Assembly: GCA_013239625.1 (NCBI GenBank)
Contig: MU053216.1
Coordinates: forward strand, 2,446,943 to 2,510,942
DNA: 64,000 bases
Direction: 5' to 3'
Source: Lama guanicoe
Taxonomy: Eukaryota
A program made the position numbers and the translations under genes. The notes beneath the pieces were generated by a model. That model made no database searches, was not told where the DNA came from, and saw only the letters and a list, made by a program, of their open reading frames with translations. Shown piece after piece: positions 1 to 13,265 of this stretch (within the stretch, counting starts at the first letter, position 1; every line of letters starts with the position of its first letter).

Positions 1-850
1 CTCACTCTTTGGTATTGTTGACAAATATTTTATTTCTTCTTACGTTATAAGCTCACAAGGCACAATTATCACTCTTGGTTTAAAAGTCACGTTATTTATT
101 TTTCTCCACGAGTCGACCTTCCCTGGTGCTTCTCTTTTCTTCTGGAACTTTCTTCTTCCATTTATTATCATTTCCTTTCAGCCTAAAGGAACTCCGTGAG
201 TAATACTTGTGCAGGCCAAGTGGCACACGTTTTTAGCTCCTTTTTTTGGGGGGTGGTATCTGAAAATGTCTGTATTGCCCAACTTTTTGGAGGATGTGTA
301 CCGAGGTATCAGGATTGTAAAGTGGCAGGTTTTCACCTTTCGGGCACCGAGCAGGTGTGACTCCATTGTCTCTCTTCTAGGTTTTACCGTTGTGCTTCAG
401 ATGTTAGCCTTCGGATTTAACGTCACATGTTAAAAAGTAATGTGTCATTTGTCCCCGTCTGCTCTTAAGATTTTGTCTTTGGTTTCAGTTTTCAGCACTT
501 GGATGCTGACCCGCCTCAGTGTTTTATTTTTCCCAGTTTTCATTCTTGGGGTTTTCTGAGCTTCTCGAATCCGTGGGTCAGTGTGTCCTCATGACTTTAG
601 GAAAATTCTTAGCCATTTTCTCTTCAAACACTACTTTTGTCCCATTCTCATCTTCCTCTGTTCTCTTGCCTCACTCTGGGTGTTCTCTGTATATCTGTGT
701 TCTCACGTCTTTTGAGTTCTTCTTCAAGGAAAGACATTGTTTCAATCATAGAGGCTTTGGATTGTATTTCCTCCCCACAAAACGTTCTCCATGTTTTGTG
801 CTACACGTTAGTCATTAAGCTGCATTGGTTCTGAGTTGCAGTTTTAGTAA
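1..850 (-). mobile_element. Ancient, highly diverged LINE-1 fragment (L1M/L1ME type)
   Basis: T-rich; segments such as 'tctgaaaatgtctgtattgcccaactttttggagga...aggattgtaaagtggcaggttttc' resemble the antisense of old L1M internal sequence as I recall it; no intact ORF. Confidence 0.65.
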
Positions 851-1419
851 GAATTAGTCAGTTTACAGTTTGTTTCTGTTTCTGAGATGAAGCCCCCTTG
901 GACTATGGGTTTAGGGCCGCCCGGTCTCTGTCTTCAGCTGTGAAAGACCGGGGGGCGTTTCATCATGCTGCACAGAGGCGTGCCCGTAACACTTTCCCAC
1001 CTCTGATCGCAGGTTCCTTGTGTGTGTTTACTACAGAGTATTGTGAGGAAGTAAATGATAATTAAATCAACTGATATAAATTAATTAAATTAATTTCTTA
1101 ATGAGAATTAATGTAAATTAAATCAGAGATATTTAGCACATTTGACATACAGTAAATTCTCTAAAAATGTGGAAGAAATGTGGATTTATGTTACAGTTGA
1201 CTGTAGAAATGATTCTTTCAATCTTGTCTGATTTCGGTGAGTATCCTTCCCGAGGGGGTGAGTGAGCTACGGTTTGCTTGCATCTGTGAGCACGTACAGA
1301 CGTACCTTTGCTGACTGCACGGGTGACCGTGCAGAGGCCGACACAGGGGAAGTCAGTGTCCGGCCCATCCTCAGCCTGGCCGACCGTGTGTTCCCAGGCT
1401 GACTGCAGCGGTGTGTCCT

Positions 1420-1900
1420 GTCCCATACGCTTTCCCTCCGGTGTGACTTCGGCTCTCCTCCCAGTGGGGAGACCTTTGTGACTTGTTTTAACTGGTAAGT
1501 TATGGCAGGAGTAACGCCCTGTGCGTTCTGAGGCTTGATCACAGCGGGTTATTGAACCTGTGTTTTGTTTACTAGAGGGCTCCCCGTTCAGCCCCCAGGC
1601 ACGTGTAGATAGTCTGACTGTCCCCCTGTTACCATGCTGAGACAGTCGGACCTGTTTAAACCTGAGGAGATCACTTGAGTTCCTCCAGCCCCCCCGTCAG
1701 CTCTCCCTGGCCCCCACCCGCCTGAGCTAGTTCCAGCTGCTGGCTGACGAACCCCAGGAGAGGCCCCGAGCCAAAACACACTTTCAAGTCCTTCCCAAGT
1801 TCCGATCCACAGACACTGTGAGACACAGTAAGAGGAGCGTGGGTGTTCTAAGCCCGGGGCGCTGGGGGACGGGTCACGCAGCGATAGACGACCGGGACGG
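1420..1900 (+). mobile_element. MaLR LTR (MLT1G/H-like), 3' end GC-enriched
   Basis: 'gtgacttgttttaac...atggcaggagtaacg', 'atccacagacactgtgagac' and terminus 'taagcc...cacgcagcgatagacgaccgggac' follow the MLT1 3' end pattern. Confidence 0.65.
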
Positions 1901-2732
1901 AGTTTCCTGAGCTGCTGTCATGCCCTCTCCATCCTCCAGGACTGGCTCTCCCCACCTGACAGAGGGCTGGTTCATGGTGCTCCACGCTGTCTCGACCTCT
2001 TACTCCTCCTCTGCCCAGGTGGTGCCCGGACCTCCTCATGTGCCCCGGAATGAACCTGTCTCTCTAGAACCTGCAGGTTGACCGGATAACCAGTCTAGCG
2101 CCCTAATCCACCCCAAAGACGTGGTGGTGGTTGCTGTCTTAGGACATTTCTCCTTCTAGAGAGGCGTGGTAATATCTTTTAACATCTTCTAAGTTGGTGC
2201 TCGAAATAGACTGACTGGTGTTTGAATTTCAGATAGCGCGAAGATCTTGCAAGGAAAATATTTTTTAGAGTTGAGGAAGGAGACGTGGAATGTTGCAAGA
2301 AGTTCAGTGCCTGAAAAATCACCCAATGTGGTCTCTGCCCACGGCCCGCTCTTCCTCCTATCCCTGAGCAGCTGAAATAAGTCATAGGACAGCAGCTCAA
2401 TCTGCCATTGGTTCTTTATCTGAAATTGTAATTAATGGTCAAAATGTTTGCAAAGCATTCCAAATCCCTTGTACTAAAATCAGCCAAATGATTTCAAGAT
2501 ATTATTGTCATTGCGTAGACTTCCATTTAGTGAGGTTCAAATCAACTCTCTGAGCACAGTTATATTAGGAAAGCGAATGTATGTAAGCTAATGCTCATCT
2601 TAATTTGATTGTCAAAACTAATTGAACTGAAATTCTAAATTGTGAACTTCCGCTAAACCACTGAACCAGTGCTATCTAAATTGGGAGGTTTTTTTTATTC
2701 TTAACATAGCAAGGAGTAGACTAATGAATTTT

Positions 2733-2754
2733 GGGGGGGATGAGGGGTAACTAG

Positions 2755-2808
<54 letters not shown>

Positions 2809-2901
2809 ATGTATGTATTTAAATGGAGGGATTGGGAATTGAACCCAGGACCTCCTGCATGCTAAGCATATACTCTACTACTGAGCTATGCCCACCCCAC
2901 C
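2733..2901 (-). mobile_element. tRNA-Ala-derived SINE (camelid Vic-1-like) with expanded (TG)n(TATG)n microsatellite
   Basis: Reverse complement gives 'gcatagctcagtagtagagtatatgcttagcatgcaggaggtcctgggttcaattcccaatccctcca' (Pol III A/B boxes); flanking direct repeat gact(a/c)atgaatttt at 2719-2732 and 2902-2915. Confidence 0.88.
2758..2818. repeat. Compound microsatellite (TG)n followed by (TATG)n
   Basis: Directly visible, inside the SINE. Confidence 0.97.
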
Positions 2902-3679
2902 GACTCATGAATTTTTCGTGTTGCTTATAGTCCTCTCTGCAGCAGAGCTGGGTCTTCCCGCCTGACCTGCCAAGTGTATCTGCAAAACATTAATAAAATT
3001 TCTTCTTTTTACCTTGGCCAGAGTCTAATGTACATGTAACTTCCCAAAGCGGGAACACCCAAGCCAAGTGAATGTGTCATGTGAATATTCGATTGGGTAT
3101 GCCAAGATAACATTCCAGTAGGTCCCATGGACAATCGAAGGAGTTTTTCTTAGAGACGATGTCCAAAAAGAGGCCGGACATCCTCCTGCCTCTTCTTGGA
3201 AACGCCTGGACCAACAGCTAAGAGGGAACCAGGAATCTACGTATCACGTGTTCCAGAAACTCTTTCCCTGGGCTCATGGTTCAATCACTGCTATTTGCAA
3301 ACAATCCAAGGAAACATTCTCTGGTTTCCTGGGTTGTTTTCTGGTTGGCCTTACTCAACCCTTCTCTCCGTCCACTGACTTATTTCTTGATTTTCTGGAC
3401 TATCTCAGATGCTCCACCTGAAAAATAAATGAACTATAAACACGCACCCGCACCTGACACTTTGCATGTGCTGCTTCCACCTCGGGCTACACTTGTGGTT
3501 CATTCTTTTGTTTTAATATCAGCCTTCTATCCAAGACATTTTTCGATTAAATGTTGATTTCTCCATTTATTTCTCATGGGTGTTCACTCCATCACAAAGA
3601 CTAATTTTTTTTCAAATGTTTCTTTTAGCCTGTCTTCCCTTTCTGCAGTCACTTACACTGTCTTTATCTATGCCCAGCA

Positions 3680-3812
3680 TATAAATATAATAATCTTTAA
3701 TGAAAAAGAAAATGAAAACAAATGTATGTATGTGCATGACTGGGACACTGTGCTGCACACCAGAAACTGACACAATGTAACTGACTGTACATCCGTTAAA
3801 AAAAAAAAAAAG
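3680..3812 (+). mobile_element. 5'-truncated LINE-1 3' end (artiodactyl type) with poly(A)
   Basis: 'gcatgactgggacactgtgctgcacaccagaaactgacacaatgtaactgactgtac' then A-tail; same family as the antisense copies at 35.1, 46.2 and 58.3 kb. Confidence 0.8.
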
Positions 3813-6800
3813 AAGAGGACGAACAGGGGAGCCTTTTACAGAGAGGCGACCATTACTATATTGACTACTTCTGTGCTGTGAAAAATGCATTTACAAACAA
3901 TTCTAAAATGTGTGTAAAGTTTAGGGTCTGCACTAGCTCGCTGAGTGGTGAACTGTCTTTGTGTTGTGAACTGAGCGACGCGATGAGGGAGCTGGAGAGC
4001 TGGGCCTCCACCCCAACACTCTTGTTGGAGATGATCACATAGTGAGTGAGGTTTTTCTGTTGTGGGGAGGTTTGACTAAAATTATAGTTCAGCTCATGCA
4101 AATGGAAGAATAAAATAAACAATTTATTTTAATAATGTATCCAGAACTTGACCATGAAAAGAAGTAATGAAACCAGAAAAATACACTTTTAAATTTCTTT
4201 CTGTCTATTTCTTGAACGTATTCACCGTGGTGTTATGTATGAAGATGCAGATAGGAGCAGGAGGTAAGTTATTCCTCCAGCAGGTTTATTTTGAATATTT
4301 TCTAAAACATTTATTTCCCCAGTGTTATTTTACCCCGAGGGTAAGATGACTGACTTCATTTACTGCAAATTAAAGAGTTAGCATAATAGGAATTTCACAG
4401 TAAAGAGAAAACCTCCCCTGTATTAAATATGCCTCAAAGGCACAAAATAAATTCAGTGGTGTGGCAGCCTCAAGTTTCAAAATGGTGTGGATGCATCTTA
4501 TGCTGGAATGTTCATCATATAATCAGTTATGCATAATTTTTGTTCATAAACACACAAGACCTTCTCTCCTGCCAATAGTGGGACCTGAGATCGCCTAAGT
4601 GTGTATCAGTCAGATTCCTGCAAATACAGGGGATTTGGTTTGGTCGGAGACTGGTCTGTCAGGTCTGGCCATAAGTCTGTTCGAGACGCACAGTGAACAA
4701 AGGAATTTTTCGCTTGTAAATAATGGGCCAAACACACCCACGAGCCTCTTCCATTGTGTTTCTGCTGGAGGCTGCTCCTGGTTTCTTTTTTCCATGGCTG
4801 GATTTGTTGGCATATAAAACAGTAGAGTTTCAAACATTCTTTGTGACGGATAATCCTATTACTTTGGGAAAATGATTTTCCTGAAATTTGGGAAAATAGG
4901 ATAATTTGCTTCATGCCACTTTTCACGTCGGCCATTCTTTGTTCACAATGCACTTTTTAATTGCCATACAATGAGACGGGCTCTGTGTCTTTTTTTTTTT
5001 TTTAAGTGTGCCTTTATGCTAACTTGGAAGCCTAATTAGTCCGGATTGTATTAAAATGCCTTGTTTTCGGGGCTTTTGTCAGAGGAGGGTTCGCACACGA
5101 TGCTTGCCTGGGTGGATCAGGGGCTGAAGAGGCCTGACCCGGGGAATCAGATGTCTGACCTGGCCTGACCCTAACCTCTGCTTAAAGTCAAGTCTTTACT
5201 TTTATTTCAAAACAGAGGTACACTTTCCATGTATCTTTTCTTCCCCTTGTCCCGGCTGCTAGGAAGCGCCCGTGGCTACGCATTTGAGAACTCGGGGTGG
5301 GAAAGGACGCTTTCCGACCTTCTCAGTTTGGGGAACGCGGTCTGGGCTTGAATTACTCATGTTTCCTCAGAGAACCCCCCTCAAGCTCCACTGTGTTGTT
5401 TACAATTCCACATAGAAGGAAAGCACCCTGCCAAAAATGCCCAGAATTGAGGAATTGCGGAATTTGCCTCCGCTGACCGTGAACCTTAAACACTTACTTA
5501 TTTTCAATACATCCTTACTTGAATTAAAAATTTTTTCTGATTATGCTTCAGCAAGTAGATGAGACAGAACACTTGGAAGACACATTACAAAATGACAGTT
5601 GGTGTCCCCTTGAACGCAAGGAGCACTTTCTGTGGCAGGTGGAGGAGGCTGGGTGGCTCACCTGATAGCACTGCTGTTAATCACGTTATGGTTTTGCGCT
5701 CTCACTTATGAGGCAAATGATCGATACCCTTAATTTGGGTCTTGCTTGTATTGTTGGACTCTGATTCTTTATCCTCTGTGTGTTTAGCTGTTACAGTAAA
5801 TTTAATTTATGACTGTGTAGGGCGCTGTATGCAACAGGTCACATCCTGTAACCCTACATGTGGTGAATCCCATGGAGTTACTCTGTGAGGTTGGGTGGCG
5901 GACTCTTCTGCTTTGACTTTAAACATCTTTCCTCTTTAGGGGGATGCAGGGCGGGGTAGGGAGGTTGGCTAATTCAGTGCGTTCCAAATGACACCATGCA
6001 GAACTTTGATTCACTCATTTCAGCACGCGGTGTAACCAGAGCCTCCTTTTCACCCTAAATTCAATCACGTGTAGCTTGTACAATGAAAGCTCTTTTAGTG
6101 CCTCACATTTGGAATTTCCCCACTCCTCATCTCTAGTGATCACAGCTCGCTCCATTTAAGAGCAGGGCAAAGTTTGTTTTGCGGCTGTCAAATCTCACCA
6201 GTTGCGATGCTTAGTGCAACAGCCAACTGTCAACCTTAATGGTAACTTGGCCTTAAGTTTTGTGAGCAAGACACATTGTTGAACTGAAATTCTCAAAGTC
6301 AAGTGTGGCAGACATAGTCAAGGTTCAGCTGTTTGTGGAGCAAACAGACCTCATCAACCTGGGATACTTTCGCTGTGTTGATTTAATCACCGACAGAAGA
6401 CGTCCTTAAAGATGAATGCGAGTTATGAAAACTGCCTCAGGATGAAGATAGTCTTTATTTTTCCGTTTGCCCAAAGGAGGTAACCAAACGTCAAAATTCA
6501 AACACGAGATTAAATCTGAATGCACGTACATTGACTTAAAATTACTGAAGTGCTTCAAAATTGAGCGGGTTTTCCAGTTGGTAAAGTACATAAGCCCTGA
6601 GCCGTGCACTGAGCAATTTAAAATTATTCAAGCTCTTCAGATTTTCCAGAGTGCTTCAATGTGGAGGTTATCAGGGCTCCAGGAATGTATAATGCATAGA
6701 AATTTGAAACTGCTGAAAATGCTCTTTAAAAGAAAGAAAGAAAGAGAGAGAGAGCCCTTTGCTTGCTCAGACATCTGGGTACGTGCAGACACTGAGGGCT

Positions 6801-6884
6801 AGACTGACGTGGAGATGTTTGAGTGCCTTAGTTTGTAAGTGATTCCAGGAGCCACCCTAATCATTCAGCACAAGTTCAAATTAA

Positions 6885-7010
6885 TTAAATGGTGGAGGAG
6901 GAGGTAATTAGGTTCAATTATTTATTTTTAGTGGAGGTGCTGGGGATTGAACCCGGGACCTCATGCATGCTAAGCAGGAGCCCTACCACTGGGCTATTCC
7001 CTGCCCCCCC
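6885..7010 (-). mobile_element. tRNA-Ala-derived SINE (Vic-1-like)
   Basis: 'tggaggtgctggggattgaacccgggacctcatgcatgctaagcaggagccctaccactgggctat' is the antisense of the same SINE head; 'gaggtaattaggtt' tail motif. Confidence 0.88.
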
Positions 7011-8234
7011 ACCTGCCCCATTCCAGCTGGGGGAGGGAGAGATGGCACCGTGTCTTCATTGAGGCAGAAAAGGGTATTGGTCCAGGAATTCAAACTTTCT
7101 CAAAGACGTGTTATGAGATTTTAGGAGAGATGACTTGGACTATGGGAGAGACATTATTAGAGGGTAAAATTCAACTAAGCTCTTTATCGGAGCCTCCCTC
7201 GTGCTAATCTCCCAGCCTGCTGTTGGGGGGCTGCCCGCAGTCACCTGGTCAACTTACTCTCCCTGAATGGCCCACGTCGCCCCACATGGACGTCTTCTGG
7301 GCCCATTTTCTCTTGCTGGTAGCTCAGAGGTGAAACTAGATTGCATCTTGCCTGCCAAGTCACCTCGCTTCTTAGTGGACCCCTGGAGGGCCGTGTTCAT
7401 GATGCAGGAGCCACGCGAGGTCTGCTCAGTGCAGGAGGGTCACAACTGAGGCTGTCTCTCTGGACAAAGGCAGCGTGCGTGGCACCGGCAGGCGTCTCCT
7501 CCTGTCCTGTCCTGTCCCAGGCGTCTTCAAGACCCTATTCACATACATTCTTAAGTTTTCCAAAAGTTTTTAATGAATGTTTTTCTCAGTACAACAGTCT
7601 TTGATCTTTGTCAGCAGGCAGCATTTTTACTGCTTTCAACTTTTAAATATGAAAATAGTGATGAAAACTTTAAAACATGTTTATGTTCTGTGTGCTCTAC
7701 GACCACATGGCGGTCATTTGTTTCCTGCTTCGGGGAGCAGCCTGGTAACACGTGGTCGTCGAGGATTTCCGTGGATGTCGTGGCTGCTCCTCCTGGCCTT
7801 GTGTCTGCCCCTTCTTAGCTGTGACTTTGGGGGGTCCCCTCACCTCACGGGATCCCAATGGCTGTATTTGTTCAGTGAAGGGTTGAGCAAGCCACTGTGA
7901 GGTGCTCCCCCCAGCTCTGAGCTCTGAGCACCCAGCACGTGAGGGTGTGATCACCAGGGCTCCCCTCCTCAGGTGCCGACGTGTCAGATCGAAACAGCCT
8001 GCGAAACGGTGACAGACAGGCCAGTGAGGGGGCTTCTGAGCTGCTGTCCCCAATGGTGGCAGATGAACGACCAGCCATTCGCTGTGACTTCAGAAGCTGC
8101 AGAGAAGCTCTCAGTCTCTTCACTCTCTGGTGCTGGTAGTTCCTTAGACTGGAGCAAAGGTTGCGTTTCCTAAATTAAAAAATAAATAAATAAAAGGGAG
8201 TGCTGAGTGGTGGAAGGACAAGTTTGAGGGCAAA

Positions 8235-8425
8235 CAGACTTGAGTCTCAGCCCACTACTCATTCTTCTTACAAACTTCCACGTATTCCTTGGCGTCTCTG
8301 AGCCCCAGATTCCCCGTCCGTGAAATCATGCTCATGATAGCCTTCGCGTAGACGCCTGTGGGGGAATGGATGTGACGATGTGCATAAACTGGTGCAGCAC
8401 CTGGTAGACGCGATCATTGTGAGTT
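8235..8425 (+). mobile_element. MIR SINE
   Basis: Core 'tctctgagccccagattccccgtccgtgaaat...atgatagcc...gatgtgcataaa' resembles the MIR core. Confidence 0.65.
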
Positions 8426-8499
8426 TCCTTTCCTCTTTTCTTTCAGTGAAATTAATCTGATTTTGGTCCTATGTGTGGAAATTTCAGTTGGAGGTCCAG

Positions 8500-8830
8500 A
8501 AGTGTGTGTGGACGTAGACTGAGGGCAGTTTTAAACGACGGGTGATAGAAATTAAATGCCACTTAGGCAGCAATGGAGAGTCCTGAAAGCAGGAAAGAGA
8601 CATGTTCACAGACGTCCGAGGGCCGGTGGGAGGAGGGTGTAGGACTGGACAGACATGGCAGGTGTGAACTAGCAGAGAGACGCAGCCCAGCGTGAGGCTG
8701 TCACATGGGTGCAGATGTCAGCGTGGGCACTGACCGTGGGCTGGAGGGAGGGGGCGAGCAAGGGACAGCCCTGGAGAAGATCCATTTCCAGGGCATTAGA
8801 CCTGATTAGATGGGAGAAGAAAAGTCGCCC
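8500..8830 (-). mobile_element. L2 LINE fragment
   Basis: 'caatggagagtcctgaaagcaggaaagagacatgttcacagacgt...gaggctgtcacatgggtgcagatg' resembles antisense L2. Confidence 0.5.
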
Positions 8831-9310
8831 TAATAACCAGGCTTTTAATCTTCTAGGGACTACACCTCGAACCCCAGACAAAACATTTAAACCTCTCCAA
8901 ATCTCAGGTAAAATGTACAGCCGCCAGCATCAGTACCTTGAACACTAGAAAATGAGGCACTTTAATAATACCATATTTTACTTTTGATTTGCTAGTTTGG
9001 AATCTGTGACATTTCCCCGCATAGTAAAGCTCACGAGCCATTTTCCTAATTAGGATGTTTGCTAAATACAGTATAATCGTAGTCCTTGGCAGCAAGAGTT
9101 GGAGACAGATCTATAAGAAGTAAATTAGAAAGATGAAAATATGTGCTTACATCCTGAAAACCTAGGAGAACCAAAAGGTGTAATTACGCCTGCGGCCCGA
9201 GCTAGCGGGCCAGCGCCCGGGGGTATCGAATGTCTACTGGGTCAGCGGGACCCACGGGGCAGCCTCCCAGCCTTAATGGGAGCCCTGGGGCCTGACCTCA
9301 GGGTATAAAT

Positions 9311-9620
9311 CAGTGGTTCTCAGACGTGGAGATTTCACGGTCCGCACAATTGAAAAAACAAGAAAAGCCGCTCAACAGAAAGTGTCAACTTTTATTTTGT
9401 CAAGAACAAATTTTAAAAAACAAAGAAAACAAAGGAAAAATGCTGTCATCTCTTGTTACCATTATTTAATAAAAGAAGAAATAAATTTACTGTCCCCCAA
9501 AGAGAAACAGCAGACATACTCTTAGAACAAAGAACCATCTTTTAAATTTAATATATTGAGCCTGATGAAAACCTCACCGCCTCTCACTGCGGCCCATTGA
9601 GGGTCTGCTACAACTGACCC
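9311..9620. mobile_element. Probable hAT-Charlie DNA transposon relic
   Basis: Starts with the Charlie-type terminus 'cagtggttctca'; the other terminus is not clear. Confidence 0.35.
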
Positions 9621-9699
9621 AGATCCAAAGACAGTGACTTGGGACCCACGGATGTTGCCGGTGTCTGCTCAGGCCAACATTCAAGAAGGACAATATTTT

Positions 9700-9820
9700 G
9701 ATACCTTATTTTTTGTCACTTGTTTATCTCTGTGTCTTGCTCTGGTTCATTGAGTGATGCCTGTAGTTGGTGCCCAGTGAATCCTTGTTTCATGAGTGAA
9801 TGAATGAATGAATCAGTCAG
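9700..9820 (+). mobile_element. L2 3' end
   Basis: 'gcctgtagttggtgcccagtgaatccttgtt' followed by a (TGAA)n tail. Confidence 0.6.
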
Positions 9821-11129
9821 TCATTGAAAACATGGGCGAGAGCAGGACAGAGGCTCGGGGTTTGGGGCAGGAGGCCGTCTTGGCGGATCCAGGGGCTGTT
9901 CCGTCGGCACTGACTGCGTCTGGGCCCGGGAAGCCGGACCTCAGGAGAGGTGGCTCTGAAAAGAGGCCCCCAGTCAGACGTAGGGGATCTTGGGAGGGGA
10001 GACTTTGTGCCTTGAGCACCCAGGACAGGAAGCTGGTCTTCCCAGAACTAGAAAAATACCATGCAAGTGTGAAAGCTCGCCCATCTCAGGACTTAAGTCA
10101 CTACTGATAGCGATTCAGAAAAATAAAACACAGAACCTTAGAATAGTTTGAGTGAGTAAAAGCATAGCATTAATTTTCAAATTGACTTGTTTTCTCCATT
10201 GTGGATTCCGCCCCCCCCCCAATCACACAGTCAAACCAACCACACCCACTTCAGCGGTGACTCACAGGCACCTTTTCAATGTGGTTTCCTGCCTTCTCCA
10301 CACACTTCGAGCCCAGAGGCGACCACGGGGTCTCTCTCTGCCCGCCGGCCACTTCCCAGGGTTCCTCCCCATCTTTCCTCTTCTCTCCAGAGCTCATGAG
10401 GAGACAGTTCGTGTGGGAGAGAGTATCTCCACATGGACTAAGTTTACTAACTCAACTAACAAACCCCGACACTCTAATACTACCTTGAGATGATGAAGCC
10501 ACGTTCCGGAGACACGCTCTCAGGTTTAAAAGAAAACCTTGTTTTTATTGCACAGCTTTCAGCGTGGCCTCACTGCTGCAGCATCAGCTCCTGCTCTCTG
10601 AGAGGTTTATAAATCTAGTGTCCCTGTGAACAGCATGGTGTTATTTGGACGAAAGTAGTAGTTTGCTAAATTATTACATTAAAACACAGTGTTTCTGTCA
10701 TCCAGTCTTGGCGTTATTATTTTATTTTGTCAATGAAGCAGAGGTTTCGGAACATGGAAGTGGCCTGGGGCTTTCCTGACCCATGAGAAACACAGCCTCC
10801 ACCACCCAGGCCCTTCTCAGTTTCTTCCCTGTACTTTATCTGGCAGCCTTTGTAGGGCGGTGGGAAGAGCAGAGACAAGGGCAAAGGAGATGTGGATGAC
10901 GGGCCCGACGTGGGGAAGTGAACCAGCACGTCGGCAGGGCATCCCTTTGCGTCAGGCTGGACCAGAGAGACTGCAGCGCCACGCAGAAGCTTGTTCTCCT
11001 TTCATCTGGCACAGCACTGGGGTTTTGTCAAGGGTGGTGTCACGAGGGACACTGGATTTGTTATAGAAAGAGAAGGTGTCGAATGTAGTTCCCTGAACTA
11101 CACAGTAGGACCTTATTCAACATCCTCTT

Positions 11130-11212
11130 TTTACACCAGAAATCAATGCAACGTTGTAAATCAACTATAATTCAGTTAAAAAAAGACAAAAAAAAATAAA
11201 GAAAGAAAGAAA
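11130..11212 (+). mobile_element. Short LINE-1 3' terminus with A-rich/(GAAA)n tail
   Basis: 'tacaccagaaatcaatgcaacgttgtaaatcaactataattcagttaaaaaaa'. Confidence 0.75.
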
Positions 11213-11540
11213 GGATAGATTAGTTCCTACAGAACAGACGTAGCTGACACTCCTTTTGTGCCTTTTTCCTGTGTAGTGTCACAGAGATGCTCTAGTACGA
11301 GGAGGGACCGTTCTAAGGAGGACCAGAAAGATCATTCTTGTCTTACGTTGCTCCAGTAATTCCGCATAAGTAGGTCTGAAGAAGCACTCCCCTGCTATTA
11401 GAATTTATTGTGAAATATTTATCCACCAGGTTAGCAAGATGATTTTATGCTTCTACCCGAGTGAGCTTCTGGAGAGGCAGGAGTACTCGGGGAGCGTGGC
11501 CAGCTCGGAAGAACAGCGAGGCAAACCGTTCCACTCTAAG

Positions 11541-11735
11541 GCGGGGTTTCCCTTCCCCAGCGCTACGGACACCTTGGACCAAGAGAGGCTCTGTTGCGGG
11601 AGGCGGGAGGGCTGGGCGTTACGGGGTGTTGAGCGGCAGCCCTGGCCTCTGCCCAGGAGATGCCTGGCGTGGCCCCGGAGGCGTGGCTGACCCACATCTC
11701 CCCAGGTCCTGCCAGCTGTCCTTCCGGAGCAGAAG
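11541..11735 (-). mobile_element. MER20 (hAT-Charlie) DNA transposon, GC-shifted copy
   Basis: 'ggggtttcccttccccagcgctacggacaccttggaccaaga...gtgttgagcggcagccctggcctctgcccaggagatgcc' aligns by eye to MER20 and to the reverse complement of the copy at 58849. Confidence 0.7.
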
Positions 11736-11989
11736 TAATTTGCATTTGAAGAGAGTAACCTGTAGAGAAGCTGGTGTCTGTGCAACCGGCCAGCCTGCAC
11801 CTTCACTCCCTGAGCTCGCCCTGGAGAGTCGTCCGTCACTTCCTGCCTCAGCCTGGTGCTTCCCCTCCACCTTCAGCTCCCTGTTTCTTCCGTTTGCAGT
11901 GATCCTTCCGTTGTCGGCAAACTCATTATCCTGCTGCATGCCTTCCATCATTCCAGCCTCACTTAGATACATTTAATGCCTCCTCGTTT

Positions 11990-12400
11990 ATAAAGGATAA
12001 AACCCAAAGTTTTTAACCTCATATTGGAGACCCTCCCAGCTCTGGCCTCAGTCCACCTCTTCAGCCTTCCTGCTTTACCTGCCAAAGTTTTATCCCTCCT
12101 TCAAATTCTTGAAGTGTTCAGGCCAGTTTATTCCAGTGATTTCTCTCTCTTTCACTCTCTATGCAGCCCTTCCCCTTCCACTCTCGCTTTGCTCAGCTCC
12201 GTGTCGACCTCGCCCACGTCTGGGCTCAGTGTGTGCGCTAGGTCCTTCACTGCCGTTTATGTGAACTTTCCACCCGTTTATATCATGTCTGCACAGTGAG
12301 ACTGCAGTCTTCGAGTCCCCAAGAACACCGTCATGTCCGTGTGTGAGGCTGGCACTAGGACACAGACGACTCCGACAAACAGGTAGCAAGTTAATGCAGG
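11990..12400 (+). mobile_element. L2 LINE fragment
   Basis: 'aaaggataaaacccaaagtttttaacctcatattggagaccctcccagctctggcctcagtccacctcttcagcct' and 'cagtgagactgcagtcttcgag' resemble the L2 3' region. Confidence 0.55.
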
Positions 12401-12893
12401 GCTTTTTATTCTAACAAGTGATCGTGGAAGAGTACTCTTCTTATGAGGTCTATTTTCCCACATTGACTTGCTATTATTTAAAATACATCTTTCTGATACA
12501 CTCTTGGAAATAGGCATGAGGAAGAGTGAGTGTCTTATTTAATTAATCGAGCCAGTGATTGCACCAGTGGGTGAGCACTCTGCAGGCGGACTGCGTCCCG
12601 CACCTGCAGGCAGTAGTCGGGAGGACTCCCGGGGGAAGGGCCTCGGCTGCTGGGCCCCCAGCGGGGTTGACGGACACGTCTGGAAGCTGTAAGTCCTCAG
12701 GGGGCACAGGAGATACCACAGCCCCTCAGGTCACGCCGCAGAATCAGGGACTTACTCTGTTCTGCTGACTCTGCCAGAGAGGAGGCCCTTGTAAGGGAAC
12801 AATCACTGGACCCCGCTGTGTTGTCGAGGCTGGGACACATTCTTTTGAAATTCTTCGTCTGCAAGTCTACGTTTATTCCCAGTTTCCCTTAGC

Positions 12894-13265
12894 TGTGGTG
12901 GAGACAGAGATGCACCACTCAGATGCCCCTTCGGGAAAGGACTTGCTGCCCAGCGGTGGTCGGCAGACAGCCCCCCGTGGCCCGCCCCTTCCCTGCTCGC
13001 TGCTGGAATCGGGCCACTGGTTCAGAGGGGAAGATTAAGGCCCGGCCACTGCAGGCCAGCCTGGACACCTAGAGTCTGGGTGCGCGGGGCAGGTTTAGAA
13101 GAGGCTTTGTTGTGCCCACGTTCCAGATTAGTTCAGTGTGACTTTTACACCCCTGCGCTGCCCCATCAGATCTTGGTTCGCCACCACCCCTCCACAGGTG
13201 TTTACAATCAGTGCTGTGCGGCCCAAACTCCGCATCTGCTCCCAGAGAAGCCAGGACCCAAGCTG
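12894..13265 (+). mobile_element. ERVL LTR (LTR16-like)
   Basis: Start 'tgtggtggagacagagatgcaccactcagatgccccttc...acttgctgcccag'; end 'cacaggtgttt...ctccgcatctgctcccagagaagcca'. Confidence 0.65.

Noticed and set aside
11439..11976. Cluster of 60-171 aa ORFs
   Set aside because: They overlap a GC-shifted MER20; open frames reflect base composition.
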